Positions 20,281-30,267 of a DNA stretch of 64,000 nt are shown piece by piece. This stretch comes from Chloroflexota bacterium (lineage in GTDB: Bacteria; Chloroflexota; UBA6077; FW602-bin22; JAMCWG01), in NCBI GenBank assembly GCA_023475235.1, contig JAMCWG010000129.1, forward strand, positions 1,724-65,723. Direction: 5' to 3'. A model generated the notes under the pieces. It was not told where the DNA came from, made no database searches, and worked only from the letters and a program-made list of their open reading frames with translations. Position numbers and translations under genes: made by a program. Every line of letters begins with the position of its first letter. The stretch's first letter is position 1.

Positions 20281-20289
20281 TGGTATACT
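20281..20289 (+). promoter_or_regulatory. extended -10 element TGGTATACT upstream of rpsB
   Basis: TGnTATACT lies about 150 nt before rpsB. The identical 9-mer occurs at 32416. A 7-bp hairpin (20302-20331) follows in the leader. Confidence 0.3.
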
Positions 20290-20437
20290 TTCACTCGATT
20301 AAGCACGCTTCCTGATCGACCGAGGCGTGCTGTGTTTGGTACACGATGCGGCACCAGGCACAGTTCTCGGCGAGAAGAGGGAGGCGGGAGCAGGGCCAGG
20401 CCCGACCTGGCCCGAAAACGCGATTAGGAGGATCCTC

Positions 20438-21328
20438 TTGGCAAATGTTGTCTCTATGAAGTCCCTGCTGGAAGCAGGGGTCCATTTTGGTCATCAGACC
20501 CGGCGCTGGGACCCGCGCATGCGCCCCTACATCTTCACCGAACGGAACGGTATCCACATCATCGACCTGCAGCAGACGGTAACCAAGCTGAATGCCGCCT
20601 ATCAGTATGTGCGAGACCTGGTCGCTGGTGGCCAGACCGTGTTGCTCGTGGGCACCAAGAAGCAAGCCCAGGAAGCAGTGGAGACGGAGGCTAAGCGCTC
20701 CAGCATGTTCTACGTCAACCAGCGCTGGTTGGGCGGAATGCTCACGAATTTCCGCACTATCCAGGAGCGGATAAAGCGCCTGGAGGAGCTGGAATGGCGA
20801 GACGCGCAGGGCGAGTTGGACAGGCTCCCTAAGAAAGAGGCAACCCGGCTCCGAGACGAGGCCGTTCGGCTCAACCGATTGTTGGGCGGCATCCGCGGCA
20901 TGAAGGACCTGCCCGGCGCGCTGTTCATCGTGGACCCGCACCGGGAGCGGATCGCAGTGGCCGAGTCCCACCGGCTGGAAATACCCATCGTGGCTATGTG
21001 CGATACCAACTGCAATCCCGACGAGGTCGATTACCCAATTCCGGCTAACGACGATGCCATCCGCGCCATCAAGCTGCTGGTCAACCGGGTTGCCGAGGCG
21101 GCGATCGAGGGAGAGCGGGCGCGCGAGATAGCGGCCGAAGCAGAGGCCGCGGCAGCGGAAGCCGAGGCAGAAGAGGCTGCCGAGAAGATAGAGCCGGTGG
21201 CGGCGGCCGAGATCACCGAGGAGATGCTGCGGAGCGCAGGAGAGGTGGTATTCGTGGCCGAGCCCAACGATGAGCCCGGGTCGAGCCGAGCTGCCGAGCC
21301 TGCCGACGATCCAGGCCAGGAAGGGTGA
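20438..21328 (+). CDS. rpsB: 30S ribosomal protein S2 with acidic Ala/Glu-rich C-terminal tail
   Basis: [17 protein letters not shown] motif. TTG start at 20438 lies 6 nt after AGGAGG (an ATG at 20456 is the alternative). The ORF-track start at 20327 is rejected. Confidence 0.93.
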   Translation: MANVVSMKSLLEAGVHFGHQTRRWDPRMRPYIFTERNGIHIIDLQQTVTKLNAAYQYVRDLVAGGQTVLLVGTKKQAQEAVETEAKRSSMFYVNQRWLGGMLTNFRTIQERIKRLEELEWRDAQGELDRLPKKEATRLRDEAVRLNRLLGGIRGMKDLPGALFIVDPHRERIAVAESHRLEIPIVAMCDTNCNPDEVDYPIPANDDAIRAIKLLVNRVAEAAIEGERAREIAAEAEAAAAEAEAEEAAEKIEPVAAAEITEEMLRSAGEVVFVAEPNDEPGSSRAAEPADDPGQEG

Positions 21329-21386
21329 TTCGCCGGCCGGGCCCTCTGTTCATCCACTTCGCAAACTGGGAGGATTACTAATAGAC

Positions 21387-22681
<1,295 letters not shown>

Positions 22682-22748
22682 CGCCCGCGACCTCAGCTCG
22701 CAGCCCGTACGATGACCTTTGATTGGCTGGAGCCTGCGGAGGCAAACA

Positions 22749-23306
22749 ATGGTTGACAACGTTTTGACCGAAGCTGATGACAAAATGAAGAAGGCCGTCG
22801 AGGCCCTCCGCCACGATCTGACGTCCATCCGGACCGGCCGGGCCAGCCCGGCGCTGGTGGAGTCCCTGCTGGTGGACTACTACGGCACGCCCACACCGCT
22901 GAACCAGATGGCGAGCATCTCGGCTCCGGAGGCGCGGCTGCTGGTGATTCAGCCGTGGGACACGAAATCCCTCGCGGCCATCGAAAAGGCCATCCTCAAG
23001 TCGGACCTGGGGCTGACCCCGGCCAATGACGGCAGGCTGATTCGTCTGCCTATCCCGTTCCTGACCGAGGAACGGCGCCGCGAGCTGGTCAAGGTCGTGC
23101 GCAGGCGGGTGGAGGAAGGCCGCGTTGCGGTGCGGAATACCCGGCGGGATGCCGTGGACCACCTGCGTGAGTTTGAGAAGTCGAAGGACATCTCAACAGA
23201 CGAAATGAAACGAGGACAAGAGCAATTGCAGAAGCTGACCGACTACTACATCACAGAGGTGGAGAAGGTCGGCTCGAGCAAGGAAGAAGAGATACTTCAG
23301 GTGTAA
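22749..23306 (+). CDS. frr: ribosome recycling factor
   Basis: 185 aa, typical Frr sequence ([21 protein letters not shown]). Start at the ATG at 22749. Confidence 0.94.
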   Translation: MVDNVLTEADDKMKKAVEALRHDLTSIRTGRASPALVESLLVDYYGTPTPLNQMASISAPEARLLVIQPWDTKSLAAIEKAILKSDLGLTPANDGRLIRLPIPFLTEERRRELVKVVRRRVEEGRVAVRNTRRDAVDHLREFEKSKDISTDEMKRGQEQLQKLTDYYITEVEKVGSSKEEEILQV

Positions 23307-24058
23307 TGACGCCGAAGCCAGACGAGTTGAGAGCAGTGGGATTGCCCGCCGAACCGAAAGACACAAAGTTTGTCAAAGTGCCCAGCCACGTCGCCATAAT
23401 CATGGATGGCAACGGGCGGTGGGCCCAGCAGCGCGGCTTGCCGCGGGTGGAGGGACACCGGGCCGGCACCCGCAATATCCGCACGGTGTTACAGGCCTGC
23501 ACCGATTTCGGCATCCAGGTGCTCACCATATATGCTTTCTCCACCGAGAACTGGAACCGCCCGGTCGAGGAAGTTAAAGGGCTGATGAGTATACTGATGG
23601 AGGTAATAACCGAGGAGTCCGAGGAGATGCATCGGCAGGGGGCGCGCTTGTGCCACCTGGGCCGAACCGATGGCCTCTCTCCTGAAATGTGCGCCGCCAT
23701 CCACCGGGCCACCGAGCTTACCAAGAACAATACCCGAATAACCCTGAATGTGGCCTTCAATTACGGCGGGCGGGCGGAGATACTGGATGCGGTCAAGCGG
23801 ATATTGCGGGAGGGCGTAGACCCGTCGGAGCTTACGGAGGAGAAATTCAGCCACTACCTCTACACCGGCGATCAGCCCGACCCCGACCTGGTGATCCGCA
23901 CTGCCAGCGAGATGCGCTTGAGCAACTTCCTGGTCTGGCAGGCTGCGTATGCCGAGTACTACTCGACGCCGACCTACTGGCCGGACTTCGGCAGGGAGGA
24001 GCTGCAGAAGGCATTGGCAGCCTACAACAAACGTGAGCGCCGATTTGGCAGGCTCTGA
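23306..24058 (+). CDS. uppS: undecaprenyl-diphosphate synthase (isoprenyl transferase)
   Basis: [13 protein letters not shown] motif. The ATG overlaps the frr stop (TAATG). Confidence 0.94.
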   Translation: MTPKPDELRAVGLPAEPKDTKFVKVPSHVAIIMDGNGRWAQQRGLPRVEGHRAGTRNIRTVLQACTDFGIQVLTIYAFSTENWNRPVEEVKGLMSILMEVITEESEEMHRQGARLCHLGRTDGLSPEMCAAIHRATELTKNNTRITLNVAFNYGGRAEILDAVKRILREGVDPSELTEEKFSHYLYTGDQPDPDLVIRTASEMRLSNFLVWQAAYAEYYSTPTYWPDFGREELQKALAAYNKRERRFGRL

Positions 24059-24072
24059 TACTCTGCTTCTCC

Positions 24073-24891
24073 TTGAGAGGTTCTGTGCTGCGCTACCGTG
24101 TGGTCACTGCCTTATGGCTCGTCCCGCTGTTCTTGATCGTGCTTTATCTGGGCTCCTGGGTTTTCGGGGCCTTTCTGGGCCTGCTGGCCCTGCTGGCAGC
24201 CGTCGAGGTCGCCCGTTTGCTGCGGGCGGGCGGGTATCAGCCTTCGGTGGCCGTCATTGCCGGGCTGCCGTTGCTGCTGCTGGCCGGAGTGTACGCCGGG
24301 ATGGACCTGGCGTCCGGGGCGGTGGCTTTGGTGCTGGTGGCGTCGCTGGTGTACTACGTGTTTCGCTACACCCCGGCATCGACGATGCTGCCCAGTTGGG
24401 GCCTGAGCATCGCCGCCGCCATCTACCTGGCCTGGCCGCTCCAGCACTTCGCCATGTTGCGCCAGGCCGAAGCCCTGCCCATATGGGCGGCCTGGGCGCT
24501 GGTCGGCACCTGGGTCTGCGACACCGGCGCTTACCTCGTGGGGCGGGCTATCGGGCGGCGGCCCCTGTACCCCCGCGTGAGCCCGGGCAAGACATGGGAG
24601 GGGACCATCGGGGGAGTAATGCTGACGGCCGTCGTGAGCGCTGCGGCGGCACTGCTGCTATCCCGGCTGGGAGTGCCGGCTATGCCAGCTACCAATGCGG
24701 CCGCCCTCGGTCTCGTCATTGGCCTTGCCGCGATCATGGGGGACCTCGCCGAGTCGTTCTTGAAGCGGGCCACCGGGACGAAGGACAGCGGGGCGCTGCT
24801 GCCCGGCCACGGCGGAGTACTGGACCGGATCGATAGCCTTCTCTTCGCCGTGCTGGCAGTATACTATTTTCGGGCGCTGACCCTGGGCTGA
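24073..24891 (+). CDS. cdsA: phosphatidate cytidylyltransferase
   Basis: Polytopic membrane protein with the CdsA signature GDLAESFLKR. TTG start. Confidence 0.9.
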   Translation: MRGSVLRYRVVTALWLVPLFLIVLYLGSWVFGAFLGLLALLAAVEVARLLRAGGYQPSVAVIAGLPLLLLAGVYAGMDLASGAVALVLVASLVYYVFRYTPASTMLPSWGLSIAAAIYLAWPLQHFAMLRQAEALPIWAAWALVGTWVCDTGAYLVGRAIGRRPLYPRVSPGKTWEGTIGGVMLTAVVSAAAALLLSRLGVPAMPATNAAALGLVIGLAAIMGDLAESFLKRATGTKDSGALLPGHGGVLDRIDSLLFAVLAVYYFRALTLG

Positions 24892-24981
24892 AGCGGGCCT
24901 CGCTCCGCCGGGCAACACTGGTTAGAGTGAGAGTTGAGCACCACCGGGTCGAACAACTGTGGACATCAGGATGGGATTGTG

Positions 24982-26115
24982 ATGAAGCGAATCGCCATAC
25001 TGGGTAGTACCGGCTCCATAGGCCGGCAGACGCTCGAGGTGGCGGCCCACCTGCCGGACCGCCTGCAGGTGGTCGGCCTGGCCGCGGGTACCAACACCTC
25101 CCTGCTCACCGAGCAGATCAATCGCTTCCATCCCCGCTTCGTCTGGCACAGCCGCGCCGCCAGGACCGACCTGGCCGGAGGCCAGGAGGGCATAGCCTGG
25201 CTGCCACTGGAGGAGATGGTCATCCAGCCGGAGGTAGATCTGGTGGTAATGGCGACCAGCGGCAAGGCGGGGCTCGGTCCTACGCTGGCCGCCTTGCAGG
25301 CCGGCAAGCAGGTGGCCATCGCCAACAAGGAAGTGCTGGTGATGGCGGGCGAATTGCTGCTGCCGTGGCGAGGGCAACTGCTGCCCCTGGACAGCGAGCA
25401 CAGCAGCCTGTGGCAGTGCATGATGGGCGAGCGCATCGAGGGGATATCCCGGCTGGTCCTCACTGCCTCCGGCGGCGCGCTGCGGGACTACTCGGTCGAC
25501 CAGATGGCACGCGTCACGCCCGGAGAGGTGCTGCGACATCCGACCTGGAAGATGGGCAAGAAGATCACCGTGGACTCGGCTACCTTGATGAACAAGGGGC
25601 TGGAGATCATCGAGACCCACGTGCTATTCGGGATGCCGTACGACCGGATAGGCGTGTTGCTGCACCGGGAAAGCATCGTCCACGCTATGGTAGAATTAGT
25701 TGACGGCATGGTGAAGGCGGCGCTGAGCCTGCCCGATATGCGCCTTCCCATTCAGTTTGCGCTCACCTATCCGGACCGCCTTGCCGGCCTCGCGCCGCGG
25801 CTGGACTTGCGGGCAATCGGCCGCCTTTCCTTTGCGGAAGTAGACTGGGCGCGGTATCCGTGCCTCGGGCTGGCCGTGGAAGCCGGCAGACAAGGTGGCA
25901 CCTACCCGGCGGTCCTCTCGGCGGCCGACGAGGTGGCGGTAGAGGCATTCCTGAGAGGCCGGCTGCGTTTCCTTCAAATTGGCGAGCTAGTGGAGGCGGT
26001 ACTGGCTGACCACCGCGCTGCCGGCCGGGCAGACCTGGCCTCAGTTGTGGCGGCCGACACGTGGGCACGCGCCGAGGCCGGCCGCCTGGTCGAAAGGGCC
26101 CTAGAAAGAGTCTGA
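24982..26115 (+). CDS. dxr: 1-deoxy-D-xylulose-5-phosphate reductoisomerase
   Basis: MKRIAILGSTGSIGRQTL N-terminus. The ORF-track start at 24934 was trimmed to the ATG at 24982. Confidence 0.94.
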   Translation: MKRIAILGSTGSIGRQTLEVAAHLPDRLQVVGLAAGTNTSLLTEQINRFHPRFVWHSRAARTDLAGGQEGIAWLPLEEMVIQPEVDLVVMATSGKAGLGPTLAALQAGKQVAIANKEVLVMAGELLLPWRGQLLPLDSEHSSLWQCMMGERIEGISRLVLTASGGALRDYSVDQMARVTPGEVLRHPTWKMGKKITVDSATLMNKGLEIIETHVLFGMPYDRIGVLLHRESIVHAMVELVDGMVKAALSLPDMRLPIQFALTYPDRLAGLAPRLDLRAIGRLSFAEVDWARYPCLGLAVEAGRQGGTYPAVLSAADEVAVEAFLRGRLRFLQIGELVEAVLADHRAAGRADLASVVAADTWARAEAGRLVERALERV

Positions 26116-27200
26116 TGGATGGCATTCTGAGTCTGATTGCCTTTGTACTCATATTCAGCGTCGCTGCCCTTGTCCACGAACTGGGTCACTTCCTGGTTGC
26201 CAAGCGGGCCGGGATAAAAGTGGAGGAGTTCGGCTTCGGGCTGCCTCCTCGTATCTTTGCCGTGCGCCGGGGCGAGACCGAGTACTCGCTCAATCTCATC
26301 CCGGTGCTGGCCTTCGTCCGCCTGCTGGGCGAGGAGAACCCGCAGGAGCCCCGCAGCTTCGCGCGCGCCACCAGGTTGTGGCGGACGGGCGTGCTGCTGG
26401 CCGGACCGGGGATGAACCTTGTCCTGGCCGTGCTGTTGTTCGCCTCTAGCTTCGTCGCCGGCTGGCCTACGGCCACCGCTACCGAAGTGGTCGTCTCGCA
26501 GGTAACGGCGGGCACGCCGGCGGAGGCAGCCGGCCTGCTCCCCGGCGACGTCATCCTCGCTGCCGGGGGACAGCCTGTGACGAACTCGTCCAGGCTGCGG
26601 CAGGTGACCGAGACCTACGCCGGCAAGCCTATGCCTTTGCAGATACGGCGCGACGGCGTCGAGAAGACCCTCACCGTGAACGTGCGTGCCTCCTGGCCCG
26701 AAGGACAGGGCCCGATCGGCGTCAGCATCGGGGACCGGCCGCTCAAGATTGAGCCGGTGCCCTACCCCGTCGGCCAGGCCCTGGTGATGGGTGCCGAGCG
26801 CACCGCCTGGGTGATCGGCATCACCTTCGCCGTGCCGGTGCTGATAGTGCGCGGGCAGTTGCCGGTGGAGATGGCCCGGCCAGTCAGCCCGGTGGGCATT
26901 TACCAGATAACCGGTCAGATCACTACCGAATCGGTGGAGACAGGCTGGTGGTTCCCCATCTTGAACTGGGCCGGCATGCTCTCCGCGGCCCTGGGCGTCA
27001 CTAATGTGCTGCCCATCCCCGGGCTGGACGGGGGCCGGCTGATTTTCGTGCTGCTGGAGGCTATCCGGGGTCGGCGGGTGAGCCCCGAGCGAGAGGGCCT
27101 GGTGCACATGATCGGTATGGCGGTGCTGCTGTCCGCCGTGGCGGTTGTAGCGTACTTCGAGATCATCAATCCGATTCGGATTCCGGGCCTGGGGCAATGA
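26115..27200 (+). CDS. rseP: RIP metalloprotease RseP (M50 site-2 protease with PDZ domain)
   Basis: HELGH motif in the first TM segment. The ATG overlaps the dxr stop (TGATG). Confidence 0.9.
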   Translation: MDGILSLIAFVLIFSVAALVHELGHFLVAKRAGIKVEEFGFGLPPRIFAVRRGETEYSLNLIPVLAFVRLLGEENPQEPRSFARATRLWRTGVLLAGPGMNLVLAVLLFASSFVAGWPTATATEVVVSQVTAGTPAEAAGLLPGDVILAAGGQPVTNSSRLRQVTETYAGKPMPLQIRRDGVEKTLTVNVRASWPEGQGPIGVSIGDRPLKIEPVPYPVGQALVMGAERTAWVIGITFAVPVLIVRGQLPVEMARPVSPVGIYQITGQITTESVETGWWFPILNWAGMLSAALGVTNVLPIPGLDGGRLIFVLLEAIRGRRVSPEREGLVHMIGMAVLLSAVAVVAYFEIINPIRIPGLGQ

Positions 27201-28258
27201 GGCGAAGCTCCCGTCAAATCCATATCGGCCCTGTAGCCGTAGGTGGCGGCGCCCCCATTGTTGTGCAGTCGATGACGAGCACCGACACGCGAGACGCCGC
27301 GGCTACGGTGGCCCAGGTCCGCGAGCTAGAGGAGTGGGGCTGCGAGATCGTGCGGGTGGCCGTGCCTGACCGGGAGGCCGCCGACCAGTTGAGGGCCATC
27401 AAAGCGGGAATCAATATACCCCTGGTCGCCGACATACATTTCGATTACCATCTCGCCCTGCAGGCCTTGGCCGCCGGCGTGGACGGCCTGCGCCTCAACC
27501 CCGGCAACATACGAGACCCGGAGAAGGTGAAGCAGGTGGTGGTGGCGGCCAAAGAGCGCGGGGTGCCCATCCGCATCGGCGTCAACGCCGGCTCGCTGCC
27601 CGAGCGCCAGGCCGGCGACGAGCGGTCCACCGCCGAGCGGATGGTGGCCCTGGCCCTGGAGCAGGTGCGCCTGCTCGAGTCGCTGGACTTCGACCTGATC
27701 AAGCTCTCGCTGAAGGCATTCGACGTGCCGACCACCGTCGAAGCGTACCGCCGCATGGCCGCGGCCGTCCCATATCCCCTTCACCTGGGCATCACCGAGG
27801 CGGGCACCCCGCGCACGGGCATCATCCGCTCATCAGTTGGGCTGGGCATCCTGCTCCACGAGGGCATCGGCGACACCATCCGCGTGTCCCTCACTGCGCC
27901 GCCGCGCGAGGAGGTGCGGGTGGCCTACGAGATACTGAAGTCGCTGGACCTGCGCGAGCACGGGCCCATCCTGATATCGTGCCCCACCTGCGGGCGCGTC
28001 GAGATCGACCTGATGGGCCTGGCCGAGCGCGTGGACGACGCCCTACAGGGCATCCGCGTGCCGCTGAAGGTGGCCGTGATGGGCTGCGTGGTGAACGGGC
28101 CGGGCGAGGCGCGCGAGGCCGACGTCGGCATAGCGGGCGGCAAGGGCCGCGGGATCGTGTTCCGGCACGGCCAGGTTGTGCGGACAGTGGCCGAGGACGA
28201 GCTGTACGAGGCCCTGATGGACGAAATACGGACAGTAGTTAACGAGCTGGAGCGATGA
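27197..28258 (+). CDS. ispG: 4-hydroxy-3-methylbut-2-en-1-yl diphosphate synthase
   Basis: 353 aa GcpE/IspG sequence with the C-terminal Cys motifs CPTCGR and GCVVNGPGE. 4-nt overlap with rseP. Confidence 0.94.
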   Translation: MRRSSRQIHIGPVAVGGGAPIVVQSMTSTDTRDAAATVAQVRELEEWGCEIVRVAVPDREAADQLRAIKAGINIPLVADIHFDYHLALQALAAGVDGLRLNPGNIRDPEKVKQVVVAAKERGVPIRIGVNAGSLPERQAGDERSTAERMVALALEQVRLLESLDFDLIKLSLKAFDVPTTVEAYRRMAAAVPYPLHLGITEAGTPRTGIIRSSVGLGILLHEGIGDTIRVSLTAPPREEVRVAYEILKSLDLREHGPILISCPTCGRVEIDLMGLAERVDDALQGIRVPLKVAVMGCVVNGPGEAREADVGIAGGKGRGIVFRHGQVVRTVAEDELYEALMDEIRTVVNELER

Positions 28259-28259
28259 A

Positions 28260-29708
28260 GTGAGCGTGGAGAAGCGTTTTGTCGAGCACATCACCGACCG
28301 GGAGGAGGACTTCTCCCGGTGGTATACCGACGTGGTCCTCAAGGCCGAGCTGGCCGACTACGCGCCGGTGCGGGGCTGTATGGTGATCCGGCCATATGGG
28401 TATGCCATATGGGAGCGGGTCCAGGCTGCCCTGGACCTGCGCATCAAGGCCACCGGCCATCGCAACGCCTACTTCCCGCTGTTCATTCCGGAGAGCTTCC
28501 TCAGCAAGGAAGCGGAGCACGTGGAGGGCTTCGCACCCGAGGTGGCCTGGATCACTCAGGGCGGCAGCGACGTCCTGGAGGAGCGCCTGGCGGTGCGGCC
28601 CACCTCGGAGACCGTGATCTGCACGATGTATGCCAAGTGGATCCAATCGTGGCGAGACCTGCCCGTGCTCATCAACCAGTGGGCGAACGTCGTCCGCTGG
28701 GAGAAGGTGACGCGCCCATTCCTGCGCACCACCGAGTTCCTCTGGCAGGAAGGCCACACCGCTCACGCTTCGGAGGCGGAGGCACGCGAGGAAACGCTGC
28801 GGATGCTCGAGGTCTACCGCGAGTTCGTGGAGACGGAGCTGGCCATCCCCGTCATCGCCGGGCTGAAGAGCCCCGCCGAGCGCTTTGCCGGTGCGCAGGA
28901 CACCTACTCCATCGAGGCGATGATGGCCGACGGCCGCGCCCTCCAGGCCGGCACCTCCCATTTCCTCGGCCAGCACTTCGCCAGGGTCTTCGACATAACC
29001 TTCCTGGACAGGGATGGGGAGCGGAAGTTCGTCTACCAGACTAGCTGGGGTGTTTCCACTCGCCTCATCGGGGGGCTGGTGATGGTACATGGCGATGCCA
29101 GCGGGCTGATCATCCCCCCGCGCGTGGCACCCGTAGAGGTAGTGGTCGTGCCCATCTACCGGTCCACCGAAGAGAAAGAGGCCGTGGCGCGCTTCGTAGC
29201 CGAGATGCAGCCGGGGCTGTGCGGGGAGCTCCGGGTCGAGTTCGACTGGCGCGAGGAATACACCCCCGGCTACAAGTTCGCCGACTGGGAGCTGCGGGGC
29301 GTGCCGCTCCGCCTCGAGGTGGGCCCACGGGATGTGCGCAACGGGCAGGTAGTCCTGGTGCGACGGGACAATCGGGCCAAGACAGTCGTTCCGAAGGAGG
29401 GCGTCGCCGCCGCCGTCCGTGATATGCTCGTCACCATTCAGCAGGCCCTGTTCGATCGTGCCCTCGCCTTCCGGGAGGCCAATTCGCAGGAGCTGGTCCG
29501 CCTGGCCAACTTCCAGGAGATGATGTCGGAGCAGCGGGGCTTTGTCCACGCCCAATGGTGCGGCGATCCCGCCTGCGAGGCCGCCCTGAAGGAGCTGACG
29601 GCCGCCACCATCCGCAACCTGCCGCTGGATGCCGCGGCCCCCGACGGCACGTGCATCTATTGCGGCAAGCCAGCGACCTGCCGCGTCGTGCTGGCGAAGG
29701 CTTACTAG
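28260..29708 (+). CDS. proS: proline--tRNA ligase, archaeal/eukaryote-like type
   Basis: 482 aa. N-terminal FSRWYTDVVLKAEL pattern and C-terminal Zn-binding-like domain, with no bacterial insertion domain. GTG start 2 nt after the ispG stop. Confidence 0.92.
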   Translation: MSVEKRFVEHITDREEDFSRWYTDVVLKAELADYAPVRGCMVIRPYGYAIWERVQAALDLRIKATGHRNAYFPLFIPESFLSKEAEHVEGFAPEVAWITQGGSDVLEERLAVRPTSETVICTMYAKWIQSWRDLPVLINQWANVVRWEKVTRPFLRTTEFLWQEGHTAHASEAEAREETLRMLEVYREFVETELAIPVIAGLKSPAERFAGAQDTYSIEAMMADGRALQAGTSHFLGQHFARVFDITFLDRDGERKFVYQTSWGVSTRLIGGLVMVHGDASGLIIPPRVAPVEVVVVPIYRSTEEKEAVARFVAEMQPGLCGELRVEFDWREEYTPGYKFADWELRGVPLRLEVGPRDVRNGQVVLVRRDNRAKTVVPKEGVAAAVRDMLVTIQQALFDRALAFREANSQELVRLANFQEMMSEQRGFVHAQWCGDPACEAALKELTAATIRNLPLDAAAPDGTCIYCGKPATCRVVLAKAY

Positions 29709-30003
29709 CCAAAGCCAGGATACGCTCTTCAAGCGAAGGGCGTACATTCCTCGGCCCCAACAGCGGCGAAGTCTTCCTCGACCAAGCCCTCAACATTGTG
29801 TCGACTGGCATCATGGACTGGCTGGGTGCATCACTTTCGTCCAAAGGGCCCTATCTTGGTCGTGGTGGAAGCAAGCGGGAAGCCCCGCCGATACTCATGA
29901 TGTGAGGCTTTCCATCTCTTGGATGAGTAGGGCACCTTCAGCGGGGCGCTCGCCGGAACCGTAAGCAGACCTGCTCCGTCTATTGTTTAGGAGGTGGTCA
30001 ACT

Positions 30004-30177
30004 ATGAGGCTGGTTACCGTCGCGGCGGTTGCGCTGCGGCCGAACGCCTTCATTCAGTCTGCCGGCCTTGCCCTCGAGCTGGGCACCTTGACCCTGGGGC
30101 AGACCTGTCACTTTGGGCCGCTTCCTTATGGCGCGCCTGGTACGCCTGGGGAAGGGCAGCCCGATGAAGGCCAGTAG
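30004..30177 (+). CDS. hypothetical small protein (57 aa), weak call
   Basis: ATG lies 7 nt after a strong TAGGAGGTGG. GC3 is only about 71% by hand count. No recognisable motif. Confidence 0.2.
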   Translation: MRLVTVAAVALRPNAFIQSAGLALELGTLTLGQTCHFGPLPYGAPGTPGEGQPDEGQ

Positions 30178-30267
30178 CGCGAGCGGCAACGGCCGGGATA
30201 CCGGCAGTGACTGTCAGGAGCCTCCAGTGAGACCTCGGGATTGTGACCGACGTACGGTTGCCGATGC

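Noticed and set aside
23949-24836. 295-aa plus-strand ORF overlapping cdsA in another frame (similar cases: 44858-45772 in the kinase, 28319-29044 in proS, 55447-56190 and 55926-56735 in acsB)
   Set aside because: These are out-of-frame overlaps with genes that carry diagnostic motifs. Their products are Arg/Pro/Gly-rich nonsense.
28239-29747. 502-aa minus-strand ORF
   Set aside because: It is antisense to proS, has the same low-complexity R/G/A/P/L composition, and has no RBS or motif.
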